Shown here: one piece after another, positions 30,240-40,267 of the stretch
How the letters are laid out: each line of letters begins with the position of its first letter
How positions within the stretch are numbered: position 1 is the first letter of the stretch
DNA from: Candidatus Latescibacterota bacterium
Lineage (GTDB): Bacteria; Latescibacterota; UBA2968; UBA8231
Reading direction: 5' to 3'
Length of the DNA stretch: 64,000 nt
NCBI GenBank assembly: GCA_965219385.1
Contig: CBDCNM010000002.1
Span: forward strand, 1,358,936-1,422,935
Notes under the pieces: model-generated
Database searches by the model: none
The model's input: only the letters and a program-made list of their open reading frames with translations
Told to the model about the DNA's origin: nothing
Translations under genes and position numbers: made by a program

Positions 30240-30677
30240 GTTCCGCTCTGTGAGGAGCGAATCCGCTCGATGACCGACCCCGAGACAATGGAGGCCGCCG
30301 TCCACGAGAACAGGAGAAAGGCCGCCCAGAACACCCCGTTGAGTCGCGCCCATCCGTCCGGATCTCCCGCGCCCCCCATGTGCGGGCCCATCAGCTCGCT
30401 CCAGGCTACCGCGTGCGGCGCCTCGACGAGGCCGCCGATAAAGCCAGGTCCGTTGGGGAAGGCGAAATAGATCCACCAGCCAAAAAAGAAGAACGTGATG
30501 GTGACCAGCGGTATCAGCATCGTGTTCTTCATGAGGGTATGTACGTGGTTCTTGTGCCGTGAAACCCCCACCTCATACATGCAAAAGCCCACGTGGATGA
30601 AGAACATGAGCACCACGGTCAGCCAGTAGTAGAACTCGGTAAATTATGACAGTGAGGGAACTAAGCTCGCTGTTCAT
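30240..30677 (-). pseudogene. Ammonium/methylammonium transporter (Amt) 5' fragment
   Basis: MNSELSSLTVI, +1 frameshift, then FTEFYYWLTVVLMFFIHVGFCMYEVGVSRHKN...SIVSGSVIER. Roughly the first third of an Amt; the rest is missing. Confidence 0.85.
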
Positions 30678-30811
30678 CTTTCTCCTCCCCTGCTCTTGGA
30701 TGCGACTTCAAGACCTCATAGTGCGGAACCGGTTCCAATGAGATACGAATTATTTTTGCGTTTCACAAGTGTTTTTTTAGCAACCCGGGCAGGAAGTATA
30801 AAGGGCCTTGC

Positions 30812-31675
30812 TCAGTCGACCTGGATGCGCTGGGACTGGCGTTCCATGTTCTCGTGGTCCGAGGAACGCGCCGCGCGCAGAGCGTGTTCGGTGAGCGGCA
30901 GATGGTAGTGGGTCTCGGAGCCGGCGCGGATAAATCCTTCGGCATAGGCGCACTGGCCGGCCGAGCCAAAGGCCCCGTCGCTGGTCTCAATGCGCTTGCG
31001 CGCGTACGCCCCGCCGTAGCCCTGGCTCACCAGGCAGTCGAGGGAGGCCAGCTTCTTGTCGACCACGTCGGTGATGTCGACGAAAACCTCGTTGTAGTAC
31101 CCTCCCTCCGAGTCCCAGACGGACCGCGGCAGGGCCGCCGCGCCGGTGCCGAAGAAGAAGGTCTGGGCCACCCGGTGGGGGGGGGTGCGGTCCCCCGGGT
31201 CCACGCTCTGGGCCAGCTGTATGGCGTGCAGGGCAATCTGGCCGGCGATGGCGTGCGCATTGGTCAGGCCGTCGCCTTCCTTGGGGAAGTGGGTCAGGAC
31301 GATGTCGGGCCTGAGCTGGCGCAGGAGCCGCGCCAGGCGGCGCACCTCCCCTTCGGTGACCAGGAGCACGGCGTCGTCGGCGCCAAAGAAATGGATCTTC
31401 TCGACGCCCAGGATGCGGCAGGCCTGGCGCACCTCTTCGGCCTTGACGTCCGCACGCTCGGCCATCAAACCCTCCAGCTCCACCTGGTCCGGCACCTCCT
31501 CGCTGCGGAACATGTCGTTGCTGATCACCTTGTCGTGTACCCGGGCTCCATGGGTCAGGACCACGCAGCCGACCCAGTCGCCGCGCGCTACGTGGTGGGC
31601 CATGGTGCCACCCGACTGGTCGAAGATATCGGCCGGGTGGGCGCCGATTGAAAGCAGGCGCAGGCTTGGGCTCAT
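30812..31675 (-). CDS. PIG-L/LmbE family deacetylase-like protein
   Basis: IGAHPAD, E...ACRILGV, RPDIVLTH, VDIT....KK, YAEGF. Confidence 0.85.
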   Translation of the reverse strand: MSPSLRLLSIGAHPADIFDQSGGTMAHHVARGDWVGCVVLTHGARVHDKVISNDMFRSEEVPDQVELEGLMAERADVKAEEVRQACRILGVEKIHFFGADDAVLLVTEGEVRRLARLLRQLRPDIVLTHFPKEGDGLTNAHAIAGQIALHAIQLAQSVDPGDRTPPHRVAQTFFFGTGAAALPRSVWDSEGGYYNEVFVDITDVVDKKLASLDCLVSQGYGGAYARKRIETSDGAFGSAGQCAYAEGFIRAGSETHYHLPLTEHALRAARSSDHENMERQSQRIQVD

Positions 31676-31693
31676 GGCAAAACTCCTTTCGCT

Positions 31694-31765
31694 AATTCCT
31701 GGTGCGCCCCAAGCCCGAGCGCATTGGCTGCCTTGTGCCAGGCAAAAGCGGCGGACAAGGCGGGC
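31694..31765. repeat. Dispersed intergenic repeat, copy B
   Basis: Differs from copy A at about 3 positions. Confidence 0.9.
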
Positions 31766-31775
31766 GACGGGGGGG

Positions 31776-32528
31776 TTAAGAAGGCTTCTGAGGGGTGGTT
31801 AGCTGTCCTTTGTATTCCAGGCCCAGAATTTCGCGGGACCGCGCCACGTTGCAGTATCTGTCCGCCTCGGGATGGCCCGCGGTGTGCATGATGTCGAAAT
31901 CGATGGCCTCGGATTCCAGGGCCAGGTGACAGGCCTGGGCCAGATCGTGGCGGCAGACCCAGCCCGTGCCGGCGGCGGGGGTGCCCTCCCGGTAGGTGCC
32001 GAGTTTGCTGTCGGCGATGGCGGCGGGCCGGAACACGATGATTCTCTGAGCGTAGGCGTCGTGGAACTGCCGGCACATCTCCTCCTGCAGACGTTTGGCA
32101 ACCCCGTAGAGGCCGCCGTCCGGTCGGCGGACCTCGGAGGTGAAGAAAACCCCGTCCGGATGCTGCACCTGACAGGAGCCCATGTGTACCACCCTCACCA
32201 GTTCCCGCCGGCGGGCCGACTCCAGGACATTCCACAGTCCCTTGAGGTTGACCAGAAAGGGTTTTTCGTCTTCCTCGGGCGGTTTTTCACCGCCGAAATA
32301 GGCGGTCAGGTGGACCACGGCGTCCATGCCTTCGAGGGCGCGGTCGACGGCGTGGAAATCGGCGATGTCTCCATAGACTTTCTCGCCCTCCCACTCGCCG
32401 TCCAACTCTCTGTACACATCCCAGGCTTCCGGGGTGAGTTCAAAGGCGCGCACCTGGTGGCGGCCGGCGAAATGCTTGAGCACCGCCCGTCCCACCCAGC
32501 CGGCGGCGCCCAATACGGCAACTTTCAT
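31776..32528 (-). CDS. NAD-dependent epimerase/dehydratase (extended SDR)
   Basis: GAAGWVG and YGVAK (YxxxK). Confidence 0.9.
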   Translation of the reverse strand: MKVAVLGAAGWVGRAVLKHFAGRHQVRAFELTPEAWDVYRELDGEWEGEKVYGDIADFHAVDRALEGMDAVVHLTAYFGGEKPPEEDEKPFLVNLKGLWNVLESARRRELVRVVHMGSCQVQHPDGVFFTSEVRRPDGGLYGVAKRLQEEMCRQFHDAYAQRIIVFRPAAIADSKLGTYREGTPAAGTGWVCRHDLAQACHLALESEAIDFDIMHTAGHPEADRYCNVARSREILGLEYKGQLTTPQKPS

Positions 32529-32645
32529 GATCGTTCCTCCCCACTAGAGCTGCTAGAGCTGCGATAGAGCTGCGATTCGCAATCAATTATAAACATAGAT
32601 TGCAGTGTGGGTCAATATTTGCGCGGCTTCAGACGGCTTCTTAAA

Positions 32646-33401
32646 TTAAAGCTCGTACTCCTCTGCTCGGACTTTTCCGAACTTGCCGACGCACAGCGAG
32701 CGAAACTCCCGCGGTATGCGCTCGTAGGTCTCGGGCCACAGCGGCTGGTGCCCCCCTTCGATCCAGTTGTTCATCCACCGGGGATAATAGGCCAGGTTGA
32801 GGCCGATACGGATGTCCCGACCCGTATTCGGTCCGGCCCCGTGGAAGAGGCCGCCGTGCCACATCATCACGCTGCCGGATCGCCCGGTGACGGTCGCAAT
32901 CATCGGATCGTCTGGTTCGAGATCAATCGGGGGACCTTTGCGGCGCGAGCGGTGACTCATCGGCACGATCCTGGTAGCCCCGTTTTCGCTGGTGAAGTCG
33001 GTCAACATCCAGATGGTGTTGATCATCCACGGCACGTCGGGGACCTGGGCGAACTCGCCGGCCGAATCGACGTGCAGGGGCCACTGTCCCTCCGACCCGG
33101 GCCAGTTCGGCTTGCTGCAGGCCTCGACGACGCGGCACCTCTCCCCCAGAATGTGGCGACCGATGGCCACCATGTCCGGGTGAAAGGCGCAGTCCCATAC
33201 CCGGTCGTCGTAATTCATCATGCCGAAGAGGGTTTCGTACCCGGGAGAGACGTGCTTGCAGTGGTCGTACCGGGGGTCGGCGTGGAGCTTGAGAAAATCC
33301 TCGGCCATGGACCGGGCCCTGGCCTCGGGCAGGCGATCTTCCAGCACGCAGTAGCCGTAGGTCAGCAGATGGTCGACCGCGTCGAGCAGTTCTTGCCTCA
33401 T
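32646..33401 (-). CDS. Phytanoyl-CoA dioxygenase (PhyH) family protein
   Basis: LHVD, WMLTDFTSENGATRIVPMSH, FHGAGPN...R. Confidence 0.93.
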   Translation of the reverse strand: MRQELLDAVDHLLTYGYCVLEDRLPEARARSMAEDFLKLHADPRYDHCKHVSPGYETLFGMMNYDDRVWDCAFHPDMVAIGRHILGERCRVVEACSKPNWPGSEGQWPLHVDSAGEFAQVPDVPWMINTIWMLTDFTSENGATRIVPMSHRSRRKGPPIDLEPDDPMIATVTGRSGSVMMWHGGLFHGAGPNTGRDIRIGLNLAYYPRWMNNWIEGGHQPLWPETYERIPREFRSLCVGKFGKVRAEEYEL

Positions 33402-33556
33402 CGATGATCCCTCCCGATATTCCGTGTGAAGCAAGGAGTATAAAGAGCCTTTTCTGTCGCATCGTCAAGTAGTGCATCGACAGGTTCGCGGAATCGTAAA
33501 TTCATAAACCTCGAGGCCGCCGTCGCCGGCGGTCCCCAAAACGCAGGAGGATACGG

Positions 33557-34408
33557 ATGACCCCCAATCCTGGCGCAGACAGAATCGTGGATGCTCACAT
33601 CCACGTTTGGACGGCCGATACAGATCGCTACCCCCTGGCGCCCGGGGTCGCCAAAAAGGACCTGTGGCGTCCCACTTTCACTCCGGAAGAGCACTTCGCC
33701 TACAGCCGGTCCGTCGGCAAAGTGCGGCTCAACCTGGTCCATATGCTCTGGTATGGAACGGATCACAGCTACATCCTGGACCTGATCGCCGGCGATCCCG
33801 ACACCTTTGCAGGCACCGGCATCGTGGACCTGGCGGACCCCGAGCCGGACAGGACCATGGTGGCCCTGTCCCGCAAGGGGTGCTCCGCCTTCCGCGAGCC
33901 TGCGGGCGAGCTGGACCACCCGGCGTTCGAGAAGTTGTTCGCGGCCGGCGCCGAGCACAACCTGGCCCTCAGCTTCAACATGGGCGTGGACATGCTGCCG
34001 GCCCTGGACCGGATGTGCGACCGGTTCCCGGAGACCCCGGTTATCCTCGACCACGTGTGCCACGTCGGCATCGAAGAACCCGACTACAGCGAGGAGCAGA
34101 TAGGAACCCTGCTGCGGTTCGCCAGACACAGAAAGGCCATGGTAAAGATCGGTCCGCTCCAGGGGTTGGGGGCGCGCAAGGCTCCCTATCTGGACGTCCT
34201 TCCGCTGATCCAGCGGGTGGTGGAGGCCTATGGATCCAGGCGCTGCATGTGGGAGAGCGACAGTGGCGGGCCGATATGGATGAGCGATCCGCAAACCGAC
34301 TATCCGGCTGCCGTGGCCCTGATTCGCGACCGCGCCAGCTTCCTGAGCCAGGAGGAGCGGGAGGACCTGCTTTTCAGGACAGCGGAGGACGTCTTCTTTC
34401 GACGGTAG
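33557..34408 (+). CDS. Amidohydrolase family 2 protein
   Basis: DAHIHVW, VILDH, RCMWESD. Confidence 0.9.
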   Translation: MTPNPGADRIVDAHIHVWTADTDRYPLAPGVAKKDLWRPTFTPEEHFAYSRSVGKVRLNLVHMLWYGTDHSYILDLIAGDPDTFAGTGIVDLADPEPDRTMVALSRKGCSAFREPAGELDHPAFEKLFAAGAEHNLALSFNMGVDMLPALDRMCDRFPETPVILDHVCHVGIEEPDYSEEQIGTLLRFARHRKAMVKIGPLQGLGARKAPYLDVLPLIQRVVEAYGSRRCMWESDSGGPIWMSDPQTDYPAAVALIRDRASFLSQEEREDLLFRTAEDVFFRR

Positions 34409-34472
34409 CTTTGCGGCTGTAGCCTCAATATACGTTAGAAGGCTTCTTAAATAGGGTGGGATATACGCGACC

Positions 34473-36053
34473 ATGACAGCGCCTTTGCACATCGGCCAGG
34501 TGCCGCAGTTGTTTTTCGACAATTACATCATCGAGATGGTCCAGGGACTGACGCGCAGGATGCACCGGCCGCAAAAGTGCGCCCAGAATCCCCTGATCGC
34601 AGGAGACCGGCCCTGGGAAATAACCCCGTATTTTCGCACCGGCACCATGAATGTGAGCTTTGATCCCCTCGAACGACTCTACAAGTGCTGGTACTGCGAC
34701 TACGCCTGGGACTACGACGAGTACATGGCGCGCGGCGAGGACCACGCAGGTCTGGTGGTGGGCGGGTGGCTCGACACGGCGGACTGCCGCTGGCTCTACG
34801 CCGAGTCCGAGGACGGGATAAACTGGCACAAGCCGGAGCTGGACTACCGCCCGGTCGACGGCCGCCGAACCAATATTTGCCTGGGACGCGAAGACTACGG
34901 TCAGGTGTACACCAGCTCTTTCTTCCTGGACGAGATGGAAACCGATCCCGCGCGCCGCTTCAAGGCCCTCCACTGGCGGCACCGATCCGCCAACACCGGT
35001 CCGGACAAGGACCAGATCAGCGTGGCCTACTCGGCCGACGGCCGGAGCTGGACCACGCACGAGCGCACCGTGGTGGTGGGCAACAACACCGAGCGCATCT
35101 TCGGGGATGAGATGATGGTGCTGCCCGATCCCATCCGGGGCCAGTACCTGCTGAACGTCCGGCGGATGGTGATGTTCAATACCCTGGACTTCAAGGATGT
35201 GCCCTGCCGGGAAGAAAAAAACTGGGGCGACCCTTACTATCCGGACGAACCCCACCTGATGAACAAGCGCCGGGTGTTCTCCGCCGCCAGCAACAGCCTG
35301 TGGGAGTGGCCGGTGCTGCGCGATTTGCTGACCCCGGACGATGTCGAGGACAACCTCGACGACCAGTTCTACTCCATGCCCATTATCCGCACCGGCGACC
35401 TTTACATCGGCTTTCTCAACGTCTTTCACGACACCGACAACACCATGAACGTCCAGTTGCTCTACAGCCGCGACGGCTTCCACTGGACCCGCGCCGAACG
35501 CGGTCGGCCCTTCCTGGACCTGGGCGATCCCAAAGCCGGAGCCTGGGATCCGTTTCTGGTGGAAATCAGCAACAGCGTCGTGGTCCGGGACGATGCCATC
35601 CGCATCTACTACGGCGGCTCGGCCGCGCACCACGACTGGTGGATGTACGGCGAGCAGGAGGGTCTGGAGGACATGCCCGACCAGGCCGGGGTGTGCCGCA
35701 CCGCACTCGGGCTGGCGACCTTGCGGCCGGAGGGCTTTTTCTCCCTGGATTCCACCCTGCGGCCGGGGTTGCTCCTGACGCGGCCTTTCACCAGCGCTGG
35801 CGACCGGCTGGTGGTGAACGCCGTCTGTGCGCCCGGGGGGTACCTGGAGGTGGAATTGACCGATGCCGACGATCAGGTGGTCAAGGGGTACGAGCGCACG
35901 GCGCACGATACCTTTACCGGGGATTCCACCCGGCATGTGGTCACCTGGGGGGGGCGCTCGCACCTGCCTTTCGAGGTCTTGAGCCAGGGCGCCAAGCTGC
36001 GCTTCTGGAGCCGGTATGCCAGCCTCTTCTGCTTCAGGATCGCGGGGCTCTAG
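34473..36053 (+). CDS. Five-bladed beta-propeller glycoside-hydrolase-like protein
   Basis: QLFFD, AESEDGINWHKPEL, SADGRSW, SRDGFHW, GLATLRPEGF; C-terminal beta-sandwich; no signal peptide. Confidence 0.75.
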   Translation: MTAPLHIGQVPQLFFDNYIIEMVQGLTRRMHRPQKCAQNPLIAGDRPWEITPYFRTGTMNVSFDPLERLYKCWYCDYAWDYDEYMARGEDHAGLVVGGWLDTADCRWLYAESEDGINWHKPELDYRPVDGRRTNICLGREDYGQVYTSSFFLDEMETDPARRFKALHWRHRSANTGPDKDQISVAYSADGRSWTTHERTVVVGNNTERIFGDEMMVLPDPIRGQYLLNVRRMVMFNTLDFKDVPCREEKNWGDPYYPDEPHLMNKRRVFSAASNSLWEWPVLRDLLTPDDVEDNLDDQFYSMPIIRTGDLYIGFLNVFHDTDNTMNVQLLYSRDGFHWTRAERGRPFLDLGDPKAGAWDPFLVEISNSVVVRDDAIRIYYGGSAAHHDWWMYGEQEGLEDMPDQAGVCRTALGLATLRPEGFFSLDSTLRPGLLLTRPFTSAGDRLVVNAVCAPGGYLEVELTDADDQVVKGYERTAHDTFTGDSTRHVVTWGGRSHLPFEVLSQGAKLRFWSRYASLFCFRIAGL

Positions 36054-36278
36054 GGTCGCGCACCACCTGGACTCGTACATCTACTTGCACAAGCCCCACA
36101 ATTGTCATTGGCCTCTGGAGAACTGGAGATCTTCAAAACCCAGATGCTGCGCGGCGAGCTGCCCGAGTCCCCGCGCCATGCGGACCTTCCACCGGTTCCC
36201 CGGCCGGCCCATCCGCGCCCCGGTCGCGGCGGTTCCATCTACGAACAACAGACCCACCTGCAACGGCACCTCTTCGAA

Positions 36279-36390
36279 GAGGGGTAAATTCGGACAGGGC
36301 GGTGGGCTGCGAGTGCGCGCAGCCGCAGGTGGGGTGGCGACTGCGCCCGTTTCGCTCACGCTCGGGGCACGCCAGGAATTTCACAGTCTC
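36279..36390. mobile_element. MITE-like element related to the 29882/31694 repeats
   Basis: Imperfect inverted ends gaggggtaaattc ... gaatttcacagtctc. The minus strand begins gagactgtgaaattcctggcgtgccccgagc, matching the start of copies A and B. Confidence 0.5.
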
Positions 36391-37624
36391 TAAAGACCGG
36401 CCCGTCCCCGGTGCGCTCCCACAACCCGGCGAATTGCTTTGACCCATCGTCGTACCAAAAGTCCTGGTCCACCAGCCGGTCGTAGCCCTCCCCTACACCG
36501 GCCACCTCGTGGTGCAGCAGGCGGTACTGGTTCATGGGAGGCCGCGCGTACACCGTCGGACCGCGCTCGACCCGAACCCGCATCAGCGCCCTGGGCATGG
36601 GCGCCGGCTCGACTGTCTTGAGCCGCTCCAGCTGCCCCCGGTCCAGCCTTACCCCCAGCCCCGGCTCTTCCGGCACCCGCACCTGCCCGCCCACGACCTC
36701 GAAAACCGGCTCGACCACATCCTCCTCCCACAGATTGGTGCCGGTTACGTGGTGCAGGGTGGCCCGCTCGAAGGCCGCGGCCATGTGCACCACCAGAGCC
36801 AGGGTGATATGGCCCCCCACGTTCTGCATCATGAACGGCGCATTGGCCGCTTCGAACAGGCCGGCGCGCCGTATGGTGTGCCCCACCGGATAGTGGCCCA
36901 GCATGTAGCCGTCCGCCAGTCCCATCAGGGCTTCCCGGCCCGCTGAGGGCAGGTGGTGGTAAACCACCGGAAGAGCGCAGGTTTGCCGCAGCAGTTTGTA
37001 CCCCTCCGTATCAAAGGTCTGGACCGGATCCTCGATCAGGCCGGCCACCGGGAACTGCGCCAACTCCTGGCTCAGTTCCACGATGTGTTCTACTGTGTTG
37101 TCGAAATTCACGTCGTAGTGGATCTTGAAGCCGCGCGGGGCCACCTCCTGCATGGCCCGGGTCTGGTCGATGATGTTGTGGAAGTGGTGGGTATGGTACT
37201 TCATCCAGGTATGGCCCTGCTCCACGGCGTGCTCCACCTCCGCGGCCATCTTGGCAGGGGTCTGCGACACCGTCCAGGAAGACACCGGCACCCAGGAGCG
37301 CACCCTGGGCCCGAAGAGCTGGTAGGCCGGCACCTGGTTGGCTTTGCCCACCAGGTCGTAGATGGCCGGCGCCACCCAGATGCTCAGCTCTGGATGCGCC
37401 AGCCACTGGCAGGGATTGGTGCCGCGCAACCGTTCCAGTTCCTCTCGCATTTCTTCCGTGATGACCGCACTGTACTCTCCCAGTCCCTCCAGACCATTGT
37501 CGGTGCGCAGCACTACGATGGTAGAGGTATCCTCGGCGTTGCCCTGGAAGAGCCGGATGGCTTCCTGGTTCCACGCTCGCAGTGGGAGATGCACCTCGTG
37601 GAGTTCTACGTCCGTGATTTTCAT
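36356..37624 (-). CDS. Mandelate racemase/enolase superfamily protein
   Basis: MKITDVE start with RBS aaagga; RTDNGLEGLGE, AIYDLVGK, EDP, PGLGV.LD. Confidence 0.9.
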   Translation of the reverse strand: MKITDVELHEVHLPLRAWNQEAIRLFQGNAEDTSTIVVLRTDNGLEGLGEYSAVITEEMREELERLRGTNPCQWLAHPELSIWVAPAIYDLVGKANQVPAYQLFGPRVRSWVPVSSWTVSQTPAKMAAEVEHAVEQGHTWMKYHTHHFHNIIDQTRAMQEVAPRGFKIHYDVNFDNTVEHIVELSQELAQFPVAGLIEDPVQTFDTEGYKLLRQTCALPVVYHHLPSAGREALMGLADGYMLGHYPVGHTIRRAGLFEAANAPFMMQNVGGHITLALVVHMAAAFERATLHHVTGTNLWEEDVVEPVFEVVGGQVRVPEEPGLGVRLDRGQLERLKTVEPAPMPRALMRVRVERGPTVYARPPMNQYRLLHHEVAGVGEGYDRLVDQDFWYDDGSKQFAGLWERTGDGPVFRDCEIPGVPRA

Positions 37625-37967
37625 GGGCAGTCCTTTCTCCGCCATCCGGCTTGCGGGGCAGGTCGATTGCGACAGAGATTCCAGCGCATTGCGCCCCAGT
37701 CCGGTTGCTCCCGTTGCGGATCTTTGAGTCATCGACTGAACACCGGGTGCGACCTGGCCCTCGATAGGGGGTACAAGACAAATAAATGGCGTTGTCAGGA
37801 CCGCAGTCAAGGCCTGTGCAATCCCTGTTTCCCCCACGGGCCGTCCACTTTTCCGGAAAATCGAGCCTTCGGAAGCTATCTTGCCAGAGTTGTATCAATG
37901 TGCTTATTTCATTTCCATCCGGCAGGACGAACAAGAGTTGATGGAACCCTTTACAAGGAGATAAGCA

Positions 37968-40056
37968 GTGCAAATCGGACTTTTTACCCGGGAGGGCCGG
38001 TGCCTGGTCGGACGGATCGGCAACCTTGTCCTGGCCTGGGACCGGCACCAGGGCGGCAAGCTGTGCGTCTCGCATCTGGTCGCAGGCCAGCCGGTCCAGG
38101 TCGGGGATTTCACCATGGACGCGAAGCTGGAGGGAGCCGCCCTCTGCTCTGCGGACGACCCGGACCCGCGTCTGATTCCCGTCGAAGCCGGACCCCACCG
38201 GCTGGTGCTGCGCGCGGTCCAGCGCCTCTGCGACGCCGACGGGATCCACCTGGGAGACGCCATGCAGGAAACCTGGGCCTGGACCGACGGGTCGCTCGAC
38301 GCCGACGGGATCCACCTGGGAGACGCCATGCAGGAAACCTGGGCCTGGACCGACGGGTCGCTCTATCTGAACGCGATGCTGCGCCTGGTCCACCCGGGGC
38401 GCGGGGGCCGGCTCGTCGAGGCCGCCGCCCGGTTCGCGTTCGCGGACGGCTGGACATCCGCACCGGGCGCCGGCATCCGCCTGGTCCACCCGGGCGGGGG
38501 GCACCTGGCCGCCCTGCTGCGCTACGGAGACGGAGAGGCATGGGCCGTGCCTGCGGGCGTGGAGGACCCCACCCCCAACGACGTGCGCAAATCCGCCTGG
38601 GAGACGCTGGACAGCGAGGGGCCGCCCTTCTACCGGGTCTGGGGCCCCTACTACGAACAATGGGGCGGCGGCCCCTGGTCCGCCGTGAACCTGGAGGATG
38701 GGCCGGCCCTGCGGGCGGTCTGGGCCGAGGATGAATTGCGGGACCGGGGACCCACGGAGGGCTTTCATGGGACTCTGGCGCTTGTGGCCGCCGGCGATGC
38801 GGAGGCGCTGGAGCACAAGGTGCGCGCCTTCGAGCACCCGCTGGACCCGCGCGTGGAGGGGGGGAAGGCCCTCTACCACTCCACGATGGAGGGAACGACC
38901 ATAGTCCGCAAGACGGCCGAGCGTCTGAAGGTGAAGTTTCCGGCCGATCCCGAGGAGCGGGAGGCCCGGCTCCATATTCGCTTCGCGGGGGAGCGGAAGG
39001 CCCTGGGCGCGAGCGGGGCCCATTCCGGGATCGGTTTTCCGCTGACCCACGGGGGCGTGGCGGACGACCCGAACGGCCCGAACCTGGTGCGCCCGGACGA
39101 CCGCCACGGGCCGATCCTGACCGACGCGGATTTCCATCCCGACGAACTGCTCACCACGGTCTCCCTGGCGGCCGACCGCAAGGTGGAGGTGGACCTGGCA
39201 CCGGCGCCGGGGATCTGGCTGGCCTCTCAGAAGTGGGACGAGCGCCAGAATTTGCTGCTGTTCTCTTCGGCGCACCCGCAGGGGAACCTGGGGGCGTTCT
39301 CCCTCCGGGACCTGAAGATGCGGGATCTCAAGGTTCCGGGCTATGTCGAGTCCGTCATGGCCCGGCTGCCGCTCTACTGGTTCCAGGCCAACGCCAATTC
39401 GGCGCACCACTGTCTCAACCATCCGAAGGCGGTGGACCTGGTCGAAAACGGCCCGGACGCCGTCCATTTTCGGGTCACGGCGCAGAATCCCGCCGGTACC
39501 GCCGAATCCCGCCGGTACCGCCGAATCCGATATGGATCTACGCATCCCCTTTCTAGAGGACCAGTTGCGCTTCGAGATGGTCTGCCGCTTCACCGCGCTG
39601 GAGACCTGGGATCTGAACGGGATCCAGTACTGCAACTTTTTTCCGGAAGAGCAGCGCTACCCGGAAAACTGGGGCTCGGACCGGGTGCTGGTGATGGCGG
39701 GCGATGGACAGCGGACGCGGACTGACCACCGGGCCGCCAGGGAAGCCCGGGTGCTGTCCGGGGAGCAATTCATGCACTACGAGGGGGATTTGTTCCTCGC
39801 CCTCTACGGGGGACCGCGGGGGAGCATCCTGGTACTGAGCCGGGCCCAAGAGATCGACCGGGCGCAACCGGGCTACCAGTTGTGCGAATGCTGGCTGGAC
39901 AACCACATGTTCGTGACCTCGGAGGGGGAGACGATTCCCGCCGGCACGCGCTACCAGGTGGAACTGAGCATGGTGCTTGCCCAGACCTCGAACGTGGACG
40001 AGGACCTTGAAGCGCTCGGCCAGCAGGCCCTGGACTCGGGGGAGATCGTTTTATAG
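37968..40056 (+). pseudogene. Large hypothetical protein frameshifted by a 19-bp tandem duplication
   Basis: Removing one copy of gaatcccgccggtaccgcc (39485-39522) joins ORFs 37968..39725 and 39343..40056 as ...QNPAGTAESDMDLRIPF... Confidence 0.75.
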
Positions 40057-40108
40057 ACCCTCCTGGTTTGCTTTCACTCACAGAACAATGGAGGCCGGGG
40101 AGAAAATA

Positions 40109-40267
40109 ATGGAAGACTATGCGCACATCCGGAAACCGGATCTGGGATACCGTTATGAGTTCGGCGCCGATGAGCTGGATGCGATGGACGAATGTTTGGA
40201 GGCGCACGGCTTCTCGATCATCAAACAAAAAACCAGGGTAATAGGAGAGTCCACCCCATGGACCTGA
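40109..40267 (+). pseudogene. Short 5' remnant, possibly PhyH-like
   Basis: MEDYAHIRKP...DELDAMDECLEAHGFSIIK resembles a PhyH N-terminus, then runs into the RBS of the next gene. Confidence 0.4.

Noticed and set aside
32545..32577. Short tandem repeat tagagctgc x3
   Set aside because: Too short and imperfect to assign a function; probably slippage.
36055..36287. Coding-like fragment after the hydrolase gene
   Set aside because: Looks like a frameshifted gene tail, but no family could be recognised.
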